Part shown: positions 45,843-54,983 of the stretch, in pieces
How the letters are laid out: each line of letters begins with the position of its first letter
How positions within the stretch are numbered: the first letter of the stretch is position 1
Origin: an uncultured Planctomycetaceae bacterium
GTDB taxonomy: Bacteria; Planctomycetota; Planctomycetia; Planctomycetales; Planctomycetaceae
Direction of reading: 5' to 3'
DNA: 64,000 nucleotides
Assembly: GCA_963813715.1 (NCBI GenBank)
Contig: CAWFAK010000012.1
Location: 160,001-224,000, forward strand
The notes under the pieces: generated by a model
The model's database searches: none
What the model was told of the DNA's origin: nothing
Seen by the model: only the letters and a program-made list of their open reading frames with translations
Program-made: the position numbers and the translations under genes

Positions 45843-46128
45843 CCAGCGGCCTCCAACGATCGGTCGCGGCACGGTTTGCATGGTTCCGGGGTTCTTGGTA
45901 CTCTAACGGTCCAATTGGGGTGGTCTGCGCTGTTTCTGAGCGCCGACAGCCGTCCGGTCCACACCCGGACTCGCGCTCGACTGGCCCTGCTTTTGCCAGT
46001 CGACCTGGCTGCGGCCCAGAGTGACCTGGCGGACTCCTGCGCGGGAGCCGCATGCAGGTGACTCACCAGCACGGTGATTCAAGTGCACCGCCACCGTTAC
46101 CGACATTCAGAGTCACAGGAGGAAATTC

Positions 46129-46326
46129 GTGGTCAAGCTGCGTCTGCGCGAGCATGAATCGATTTCGGATGCTGTGAAGAGATTTCGTAAGCTGGTGGAA
46201 CACGCGGGGATCAAAAAAGAGATGCGCCGCCGCGAGTATTACGAAAAGCCCAGCGACCAGCGCCGCCGCGCCCGCCGTCGGGCCGAACGCCGCGCCCGGA
46301 TGCTGCGAATGCCTGTCAGCCAGTAA
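46129..46326 (+). CDS. rpsU: 30S ribosomal protein S21
   Basis: [21 protein letters not shown]...[10 protein letters not shown]. Confidence 0.96.
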   Translation: MVKLRLREHESISDAVKRFRKLVEHAGIKKEMRRREYYEKPSDQRRRARRRAERRARMLRMPVSQ

Positions 46327-46403
46327 ACCAGCCTGGCGATAATTGCGACTGCGTGAATGCAAGCGGGCTCCGCCCTGCAGTCGCGCCTTTGAAGCAAACA
46401 AAC

Positions 46404-46439
46404 AAAAACCCCCGGCTTAACCACGTCGGGGGATTTTTT
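46404..46439. terminator. Bidirectional terminator between convergent genes
   Basis: AAAAACCCCCGGC...GTCGGGGGATTTTTT. Confidence 0.7.
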
Positions 46440-46470
46440 GTCTTCGTAATGAGCCTGCGAACGCCGGCGT

Positions 46471-46836
46471 TTACTTCGACGCCGCGGCTTCGACCGGCTT
46501 GGCCGGCGGAATGATGGTCTCTTTGATCGCCTGGATGAAGAAAATCTTCTTGGGCGACTTCAGCTTCAATTGCTGCACCTTCTCCTCGGCCGACTCCCGC
46601 GCGTCGTAGGCGAAGCGCCCTTCTTCTTTCATGCTGCCGTTGTAGACGGCCCACATCAGCCGCTTCCGCTCGGCGACCTTGGTCTTGGTGCGGCGGGTTG
46701 ACGGCTTCTTCGTGCCGTCCTTGCTTTTGACCTTCTTCTTGGCGGTCTTTTCGCCCTTTTCGCCGGACGAATCGGCCTCGCCGGCGGCTTCGACTTGTCG
46801 CCGCAATTCCAACCGACTGGGAGTCTTCCGCGCCAT
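46471..46836 (-). CDS. Basic hypothetical protein
   Basis: MARKTPSRLELRRQVEAA, Lys-rich linker, WAVYNGSMKEEGRFAY, FFIQAIKE; strong codon bias. Confidence 0.75.
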   Translation of the reverse strand: MARKTPSRLELRRQVEAAGEADSSGEKGEKTAKKKVKSKDGTKKPSTRRTKTKVAERKRLMWAVYNGSMKEEGRFAYDARESAEEKVQQLKLKSPKKIFFIQAIKETIIPPAKPVEAAASK

Positions 46837-47292
46837 CTCTTAAATCCTCAGCTCTCTTGATTCGCGCCCCGCACTGAATGAGGGGCGGCGTGAAATTCTC
46901 GCTTTGCCGCTCGTCGCCATTTTCCCGGGTTGCAATCGACGTCTGGCTGCCCCGAATGCACGGCCCAAACGCACGGCCGACCGGCCAACGGCAGAAGATA
47001 ACAGATGGATTTCGCGGCGGCCATTGAGCGGCAGGAAGTGCCGAAACATATGGCGCGGCGCGGTTCGCCAATGGAATAAGGGACCTATCAATGCCTTCCT
47101 CCGCGTTGCGGCTCCGGTTCCGAGCCGAATTTGCCCCTCGATTCCGGGTCAATTTCCTTGAGTGGAACGATCGTTTCGTCCGAAAAAAGCAGAATAGTTT
47201 ATCTAATCAGGCCAACCGGACCGATCAATATAACCGCGGGAGTCCTCCCAAGACCGGCTCCCACGGTCCATGTACGTTAAGGAGAGCACTCG

Positions 47293-48363
47293 ATGCGTAG
47301 GTACCCGAAATGGGTGTTGACCCTGGGAATCGTGGCGGTGACTCCTGGTCTGTCGATGGCCGCCTTCCCGTTCGGGAGCGACACCGACGCCAGCTCTTCC
47401 ACGGCGACTCCGCCGCGTTCCAGCCGTAACCAAAAAGTGGCCGAGGACATTGCTGTCGCCCTCAAGCGGGCTCAGTTCCACGGCTACGAGATCGAAATCG
47501 AATACAAAGATGGCGTGGCCATTCTGACCGGAAAGGTCTCCGACCCCCGGCAGAAGATGAAGGCCAACCAGGTCGTCAACGCCGTACCCGGCGTGCATCG
47601 CCTGGAAAACCGACTCTCGGTGATCACCGCCTCGCGCGGGCCGATCCGACAGGCGTCGGCCGATTCCGAGGTCACTGCTCAGCCCGCCATGCAGGCTGGC
47701 GGAGCGGCTCCGGCCGGCCCCGGCAACCAGGAAAAGGCCATGCTGATCGGCCGTGCTCTCGAAGCCGGCGGTCTCAGCGGGTATGACATCGAAATCCTGT
47801 TCCAGAACGGTCAGGCCGTGCTTCGCGGCACGGTCGCGACGCCGCAGCAGGTGGCCGTCGCGGGAAACATTGCTCAGTCGGTGCCGGGCGTCCAATCGGT
47901 CGCCAACCAGCTCCGACTCGGTCAGCCTCAGGGTCAACCTCCTGCCGGTGCGCGTTACGCGATGGCCGGATACCAGGCGGGTCCCGGTGCTCCGATGACT
48001 CCGGGCGTTGCTCCGGGAATTCCCGGTCCGGGTGGACCGGCTCCTTCCGCTGGTCCGGGCGGTCCGCTGGGAGCTCCGATTCCGGCGACGGGCCCGGTGC
48101 CCGCTGGCCCGGTCTACGACAACCCGAACATCCCCGAGTACGCCTGGCCGACGTACGCCCAACATCCGAACTACGCCGCTGTGACCTACCCGAGCCAATA
48201 CAGTGCTTCGGCATGGCCTTACATCGGACCGTTCTATCCGTATCCTCAGGTGCCGCTCAACTGGCGTAAGGTCAGCCTCGAGTGGTCGGACGGCCACTGG
48301 GATCTCAAGTTTGACTCCCGGACCGATCGCTGGTGGTGGTTCCTGAATCCGGTCAACTGGTGA
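47293..48363 (+). CDS. BON-domain secreted protein with Pro/Gly linker and aromatic C-terminal motif
   Basis: Two BON-like repeats (VPGVHRLENRL, VPGVQSVANQL); YAWPTYA...WPYIGPFYPYPQVP...W. Confidence 0.85.
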   Translation: MRRYPKWVLTLGIVAVTPGLSMAAFPFGSDTDASSSTATPPRSSRNQKVAEDIAVALKRAQFHGYEIEIEYKDGVAILTGKVSDPRQKMKANQVVNAVPGVHRLENRLSVITASRGPIRQASADSEVTAQPAMQAGGAAPAGPGNQEKAMLIGRALEAGGLSGYDIEILFQNGQAVLRGTVATPQQVAVAGNIAQSVPGVQSVANQLRLGQPQGQPPAGARYAMAGYQAGPGAPMTPGVAPGIPGPGGPAPSAGPGGPLGAPIPATGPVPAGPVYDNPNIPEYAWPTYAQHPNYAAVTYPSQYSASAWPYIGPFYPYPQVPLNWRKVSLEWSDGHWDLKFDSRTDRWWWFLNPVNW

Positions 48364-48673
48364 GCGGTTGCCGGCACAGCACACAGGGCGTCTTCGAGGT
48401 GCAGGCCTCGAAGACGCCCATGTCTTTTGAGCGTCCCGATTTCCGATTCGCGTGCTGAGTGCGTGTGACACCTGTCCGGATCGTCGGATTTTTCGTCAGA
48501 AGCGGAAAATTCGCAAAAGTCCACGTCACTTAACACTCGATAAGTAAGAGGCAGCCTTCAGAGCCGAAGGCGTTCGTGCGACTGCCACAACACCAGTCGC
48601 CAACAACGATTTCGCAAACGACATCCAACGCAACAAACCCTCGTTGGCTCGGCATCACCCGAAGGGGAACAGA

Positions 48674-49261
48674 ATGCCCTACGTGAGAAAACATGCAAAG
48701 CGAATCGCCCTCATCATCGCCCTGTGCGTGATGACGGTGCCGAGCAGCGGCTGCACCCTGTTCACCGGGTTCCTGAGTGCCACGTGGGGCTGGATGTGCT
48801 TCTGGGAAACCAGTCCGCTGATTCCAGTCTCGCCGTACTGGAGCCAGCTCATCGAGGACCGCTATCACTGGGAACAGCGCTACGCCAAAGTCCCCGTGCT
48901 CGATCCGGTGGAAGGCGAACACGCTCCCTTGTTCTGTCTCGATCCGCCGTCGCCCGACGAAGTCATGCGGTCCTTGCCTGACGACACGTCCGGCAGCGTT
49001 TACTTCCTCGCGGAAACCCATCGCAACAACGTGCGGATCGTCGTCGAGAACATCGTCGACAGCATCGGCGAGTGCCGCATGTATCCGCTGGTCGGCCCGT
49101 GCAAGTTGAAGAAGTGCCACTACAAATGCACGGTCTACTTCGACAAGCTGATCCGCTCCGACTGGCCGATCCCCTTCTCGAACAACCACCCGACGCAGGA
49201 AGTGGTCTACGTCGACCACGATCACCTGATCCGCTGTGCGGGCCCGGATACTCAGCAGTAG
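48674..49261 (+). CDS. Conserved hypothetical lipoprotein
   Basis: Signal with SSGC lipobox-like site; DPPSPDEV, YPLVGP, HYKCTVYF, EVVYVDHDHL. Confidence 0.75.
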   Translation: MPYVRKHAKRIALIIALCVMTVPSSGCTLFTGFLSATWGWMCFWETSPLIPVSPYWSQLIEDRYHWEQRYAKVPVLDPVEGEHAPLFCLDPPSPDEVMRSLPDDTSGSVYFLAETHRNNVRIVVENIVDSIGECRMYPLVGPCKLKKCHYKCTVYFDKLIRSDWPIPFSNNHPTQEVVYVDHDHLIRCAGPDTQQ

Positions 49262-49323
49262 TCCGCACTCAGCAGCAGTCGCACACTCAGCAGTTAGTCG
49301 GACACTTAGCAAACACTCAACAG
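49253..49323. repeat. Short degenerate ~18-bp tandem repeat
   Basis: CAGCAGTAGTCCGCACT / CAGCAGCAGTCGCACACT / CAGCAGTTAGTCGGACACT. Confidence 0.6.
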
Positions 49324-49740
49324 GAGTGACAGCGGGAGGTAGCCCGAGACTTCTCGCCTCAGGCCGCGAACCTCCAATCCCAAAAAGAGATTCGCAAAAA
49401 ATTTCCGGTGGCGTGCTCGGTTCGAGGGTCCGAGCAAATGCTGCCGGAAATTTTTTGCGCACCGCGCAGTCACGGGCCAGGCGAGCCGACTGCGTTAGCT
49501 GTCGGGTGCTTCGGCATCCTCCCGAGAGTTTTCTCCGGCCTTTTCCCGGTGAAACAACTTGTCCCGTCCCGATCCCGTCCCAATGGTCCCGCGGAATGGC
49601 GACCGGGGTGGGTCAACTACTTCGCTGGGTCAACTACCCAGTGAAACAAAGTGTCCCGACCCACCGGCCAACCTCTTTCCACTCCCGATATTCTTCGAAC
49701 TTCTCTCGATGAAACAACGTGTCCCATCCCGTTCTTCTCC

Positions 49741-49800
49741 AGCCCCAACGGGGCGCGACAGCTATAGCCTGGGTCGGAGCGCAGCGCAGGCCCAGGATCC
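49741..49800. repeat. Solo copy of the RAYT-associated REP
   Basis: AGCCCCAACGGGGCGCGACAGCTATAGCCTGGGTCGGAGCGCAGCGCAGGCCCAGGATC closely matches 31315-31372. Confidence 0.85.
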
Positions 49801-50010
49801 CGAGATCCCAATCCACATCCAATCGTCCCCCCTCCCCCCGTATCAGTCCGCGCCGGCACTTACCGCCGAAGCGGCGGACGCCGACAAGCCGGAGAGGGGC
49901 CGGGCGTGAGGGGGCTTTCGCACAACTGGACCAGGCTGAGGGAAGATTTCTCCGGGCTTTTCTCGGTAGAACAACGTGTCCCGTCCCGACTGAACCGAAT
50001 CCGGATGTCT

Positions 50011-50102
50011 AACCACCAAGCCACCAAGCACCAAGCACCAAGGGGACGCTAAGCTCAGCGGACTTTGCCTGCCTTGGTGATCTTGGTGGCTTGGTGGTTC
50101 AA
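50011..50102. repeat. CACCAAG-type inverted-repeat element
   Basis: AACCACCAAGCCACCAAG...CTTGGTGGCTTGGTGGTT. Confidence 0.75.
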
Positions 50103-50312
50103 ATCCGTCCCTGATTGATCGTTGGGACCGGATCGCGAACTATCCCGTCCCACCGGCCAATGCCTTTCCACCCTTCCTCCTCACTCTTCCCCCAACGCGC
50201 CCGGCCCTGGCGGGCCGACTGCGTCAGCTGTCGGGTGCTTCGGTCTTCCCGAGAGTTTCTCCGGGCTTTTCTGCGTAAAACAACTTGTCCCGTCCCGCTC
50301 GGAGGGGAGTCT

Positions 50313-50411
50313 TTCACCACAAAGACACTAAGGCACGAGTAAAGCCTACTCAGGTAATCCCGACTCAGCGGATCGGATTTCTTGGTGTCCTTGGTGTCTT
50401 TGTGGTGACAA
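50313..50411. repeat. CACCACAAAGACAC-type inverted-repeat element
   Basis: TCACCACAAAGACACTAAGG...CCTTGGTGTCTTTGTGGTGA. Confidence 0.75.
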
Positions 50412-51083
50412 ATCTTCGGTCTTGTCCCGCGTGTCCCGTCCCGCTGGTCTGAATCAATCCCGTCCCAACGTGTCCTGGGCCCACTTCGGCGGTTTGCCCC
50501 GGTGAAACAACGAGTCCCGTCCCGCGTCCCGAGCCGGCGGCAGAACGAAAGGCACCGGCTTACTGCGTGCGCGGCTCCCTAAGAGGGTCCCGATTGCCGG
50601 GCCGGATCGCCACTCAACGGATCGACACTGACCGGTGGGACTCTCGTCGGTGGGTCCACACCCCTTATATCAATTGTGAGAGACCCGTCCCGGCGGGACC
50701 ACTTTAGGCGGACCCGGCGGGTCAACGTGTCCCGGCGCGCCGGGGATCTTTTGCTCCCTCGATCCTCTATGTGAAAAAAGGATCCCCACCCCGCCGGGGG
50801 ATCCTTTTTCGTCCTCGCGGGGCGCCCTCCACGCGCACAAAACCGCTCGCGCCGAGATCCGCTCTCTCCATTCAGCCACAAAACCGAGATTCGTCCAAGA
50901 TCAGTTTCCTCCGAATCCTCGCTAAGAACCTGGGGAGGTGTTTGATCCCTCTCCCATTCAGATGGGAGAAGCAGTGCCCTCGTCACCATTCCCTCCCTCC
51001 CTCCCTCCCTCGCCTGGAGGATTCGGGCGTATTGCAGCACGGGCTTGGCACGCCGTAATCTGGCAGGATATTCGAGGTTTTGC

Positions 51084-53680
51084 ATGGAAGATCCCAGCCG
51101 TCCCGCGAGCGAGCTGCCACCGTCACCGGCCGCAACGGTGATCGGTAATGATCCGTCTCAGCTAATCGGGGCCGTCATTGGGCCCTACAAGCTCATCGAG
51201 CAAATCGGACAAGGAGGATTTGGCCTCGTTTTCGTTGCCGAGCAGCAGAAGCCTGTCAAACGCCGGGTGGCCCTCAAGGTCATCAAACCGGGGATGGACA
51301 CGCATGACGTGATCAAGCGCTTCGAGGCCGAACGGCAAGCGCTGGCTCTCATGGACCATCCCAACATTGCGCGGGTCCTCGATGCCGGCGCGACAGCTTC
51401 GGGTCGACCGTATTTTGTGATGGAGCTGGTCCACGGCATCCCCATCACGGATTACTGCGACAAGAATCGATTGACCTTGCGCCAGCGCCTCGAGCTGTTC
51501 GTATCCGTTTGCCAGGCCGTTCAGCACGCCCACCAGAAAGGGATCATTCACCGCGACATCAAACCGTCGAACGTGCTGGTGACGGTGCACGATCGTCGGC
51601 CGCTGGTGAAAGTGATCGACTTCGGCGTCGCCAAAGCGCTCCATCAACCGCTGACCGACAAGACGATTTACACGCGTTTTGCGCAGATGGTGGGCACGCC
51701 GCTCTACATGAGCCCCGAGCAGGCGGAGATGACCGGCCTCGACATCGACACGCGCAGCGACATCTATTCGCTGGGGGTGCTCTTGTACGAGCTTTTAACG
51801 GGGACCACCCCATTTGACAGGAAGCGACTGTCGCAGGTCGCCTACGACGAGCTGATCCGCATTATTCGCGACGAAGAACCACCTCGGCCGAGCACGCGGC
51901 TTTCTCGATCGACAGAAACGCTCTCCGCTGTCGCAGCGCACGCAGGACCGAACCGGCGCGGCTCTCGAGGATGTTCCGCGGAGACCTCGACTGGATCACG
52001 ATGAAGGCGCTCGAGAAGGATCGCACGCGGCGCTACGAGACAGCCAATGGTCTGGCGCGAGACGTCGAGCGCGTACTTGCGCGAGGAGCCGGTGGAAGCA
52101 GGTCCGCCTGGAGCCCGCTATCGACTGAGAAAACTGGCCCGGAAGCACCGAACGGCCCTAGGTGTGGTCGGGCTATTTGTGGCGCTCCTGTTAATCTCAG
52201 TCGGCGTGAGCACCTGGCAAGCGGTTCGCGCGAGGAGGGCCGAACGGGAAGCCGTGGCGGAGCGCGACCGAGCTGAGGCTAGCTTCAAGATGGCCCGCGA
52301 TACGGTGGACCGCTTCTTCACTCAAGTCGCTGAAAGCCCAAAGCTCAAGGCGCAGGGGATGGAGAGATTCCGGAGGGACCTGCTTGCCAACGCCAAGGAC
52401 TTTTATGAGCGTTCTATCAAGGAGCAGCTCGATGCGGCAGAGGTGCGCGAGGATCTGGGGCTGGCCCATATTCGGCTGGCCAAGATTCACCAGGTGCTCG
52501 GAGAGTATGCAACGGCACAGGCTCTGTCGGAGAAGGCCATCGAGCTCTTAAGCGAGCTGGCGCGGCGCATCCGGAGGTCGCCGACTATCAGCGCGATTTG
52601 GCTGCCAGTCAATTTGAGCTGGGCTCTGTCTATTTCGACACCGGCAACTTGGACAAGGAGGCTGCCGCGTATCAGCAGGCGCTGCCCATTCAGGTAAAAT
52701 TGTGTAACGACCATCCGGAAGTGGCGGAGTATCGTCGTGCTCTGGCGACCACCCAAGACGCTTTAGGATACTTGGATCTCCGTGCCCGGCGCCTGGAAGG
52801 AGCTCAGGCTAGCCTGGAACAGGCCTTGGTGACGTGGTCCGAACTCGCGAGTGACAGCTCACATCTCCCTGAAGACAGGTATGGGCTTGCGAGGGTGCAA
52901 CAACGGCTCGGCGGGACGTATGGACGGCGGGGCCAGACGGAGAAGTCGGAAGCAAGACTGAAGGAAGCAGCGAGCACGTATCAAGGTTTGGTTCGTGACT
53001 ACCCCGACGTCCCTGAGTACCGTCATTCCCTTGCCAGTACCTACACGGAACTGGGTGCTCTTTATATCAACAATACGCGGCAACTCCAAAATGCGGACGC
53101 AGCTCATCAGAAAGCACTGCAAATTCTTGAGAAGCTGGCTGAGGAGCATCCGGATGTGTTGGAATTTACTTACGACGTGGGTCATTGCTACCACAACCTC
53201 GCGGTGGGCGAGCGGCTACAGGGCCGCTCGGACGCTGCGCTGGCCAGTCTCGACAAGGCAATCAGGATCCTGGAGCATGTCGTTAACAGGGGCTATGGTC
53301 GTGCCCGATCGGATCTCCTCAACGGACGGATTTTGCACGCCTCCGTGCTGACTGTCCGGGGCGCCCACGCGCAGGCGATTGATGAAGTCACTGAGTTAGC
53401 CAGGCAGAACGGTTTAAGCGCGGCCAACTTGTACAACATCGGCTGCGTCTTTGCCCTATCATCGGCCGCTGCCGAGAACGACACGAAACTTTCTGCCGCA
53501 GATCGAACCAGGGTAAAATCGCAATATGCCGACCGTGCCATGGAGTTTTTGCACAAGGCGGTTGCCAAAGGCTTTCAAAACGCTGCCGAGCTGAAAAGCG
53601 ATCCGGACTTTGCTCCGCTACGCTCGCGCGAGGACTTTCAAAAGCTGCTGCGAGAGGTGGAGCAGAAGAACAAGAACTAG
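51084..53680 (+). CDS. Hanks-type Ser/Thr protein kinase with TM and TPR repeats; frameshifts at ~51945, ~52075, ~52565
   Basis: [57 protein letters not shown] helix, TPRs, C-terminal [13 protein letters not shown]. Confidence 0.92.
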
Positions 53681-53739
53681 GGTCCCTCGGGTTTCGCAGA
53701 ATCACCGAAACGTGGGTACTGAACGCTGTTCGATGCAGC

Positions 53740-53887
53740 GGGTGGCATGCCCCACGGCTTGGCTTGGGCAACTCTTGCTGCAGTTCGCATGCTCACGCGG
53801 ACGTCGTGAGGCTGTCCGAGAATTCGGTGGGATCTCCGAGCCCTTTCTCACGCTTCGGGCTGTGGTGTCGCGTGCATGAACCCGACG
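53740..53887. repeat. ~148-bp composite direct repeat, copy 1
   Basis: Colinear with 54421-54568 (GGGTGGCATGCCCC...CAGTTCGCATGCTCACGCG...GAATTCGGTGG...GTGTCGCGTGCATGAACCCGACG). Confidence 0.85.
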
Positions 53888-54107
53888 GGTCTGACGCCGC
53901 GGATTGACTCCACAGGAACAAAGCGGACCTTCGAGGACGTGCGGTCCCCAAGCGGAGCTCGCGACCGAGGAAATTTGGTTAATGGATCACTAGTTCTGAT
54001 GCATCTAGCTTGGGGTCGAAGCCGGCGTACTTCCTTTGCTCGGAGCGAGCGATTAATTTCAGCATCACCAGAATCTACCCTGGCCAACTGGACTTACGAG
54101 AGCCGCC

Positions 54108-54383
54108 ATGTGCAGAAACATCAAGAACCTGTTCAACTTTGATCCGCCCGCGACTGAAGCGGAGATTCGGGACGCATCGCTCCAGTTCGTGAGAAAGATC
54201 TGTGGATTCACCAGACCGTCCAAAGCAAACGAACTTGCGTTCGAGCGCGCGGTCGAAGAAGTGACGGCATCAGCCAGAGCAGTGATTCGGTCGTTGGTCA
54301 CCACGGCTGAGCCGCGCAACCGTAAGGTTGAGTCTGAGAAACTACGGGCCCGGTCTGCCGCGAGGTTCGGGCCGAAACAATGA
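54108..54383 (+). CDS. DUF2277 family protein
   Basis: MCRNIKNLFNFDPPATEAEIRDASLQFVRKICG. Confidence 0.9.
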   Translation: MCRNIKNLFNFDPPATEAEIRDASLQFVRKICGFTRPSKANELAFERAVEEVTASARAVIRSLVTTAEPRNRKVESEKLRARSAARFGPKQ

Positions 54384-54420
54384 GGCTCGGTTCATCGGCG
54401 CGGCAGCATGTCCCACGGCA

Positions 54421-54568
54421 GGGTGGCATGCCCCGCGGCTCGGCGTGGGCATGTCCGGCTACAGTTCGCATGCTCACGCGAACGTCGTGACGCCGTCCGG
54501 GAATTCGGTGGAATCTCGGAGCCCTCGCTCATCCTTCGGGTTGGTGTGTCGCGTGCATGAACCCGACG
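54421..54568. repeat. ~148-bp composite direct repeat, copy 2
   Basis: Matches copy 1; partial third copy at ~58060-58095. Confidence 0.85.
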
Positions 54569-54983
54569 CGTAACGTGAAGGCCGTGCAGCGAGCGGAGCT
54601 TCGAGGAAGAGCGGGTCCCAAGTTGGAGCTTGGCGGCGAAACACTTGTCCCCCGAGCGATCGATTTGCCAAAGAGGGATAAGCTGCTTGCCGGGATATCC
54701 TTTGTCTACGTCGGTCGATGTGATCGACGCGCGCAAAAGGCTTGTGCCGGCGCCATGGCCGGTTTGCGAAACCTGCTCGAGGGAACGTCTTCTTGGAGAA
54801 GTTGTTGAAGTGCGGTCATGATTATAACGGAGCAACTAACGGGAAATCTGCTCGCGGCGATTAACGATTTTGAAACGGTTGCAGGAATCGAACCGTCCGA
54901 CCACGATAAGATTCGAACGCATCATCCCCCCGAATCTCTGCATCGATCGTCCCGACACGGTCTGCCGCAATCCGAGGTGCAGC

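Larger units (their letters stand above)
49450..50815. repeat. Non-coding mosaic repeat region B (GTGAAACAACGTGTCCCGTCCC motif, about 9 copies), inverted homologue of region A
   Basis: Motif at ~49549, 49641, 49709, 49966, 50275, 50430, 50458, 50502 and 50722; internal ~95-bp duplication 49475-49570 versus 50205-50297. Confidence 0.85.

Noticed and set aside
49450..50815. Regions A and B as CRISPR arrays
   Set aside because: Spacing is irregular (about 30-300 bp), repeats are degenerate, inter-repeat segments are themselves duplicated, and there are no cas genes in the window.
32926..50815. A 17.9-kb transposon delimited by regions A and B
   Set aside because: The enclosed genes are core (smc, thyX, rpsU), there is no transposase inside, and no target duplication was identified. 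Independent dispersed copies are simpler.
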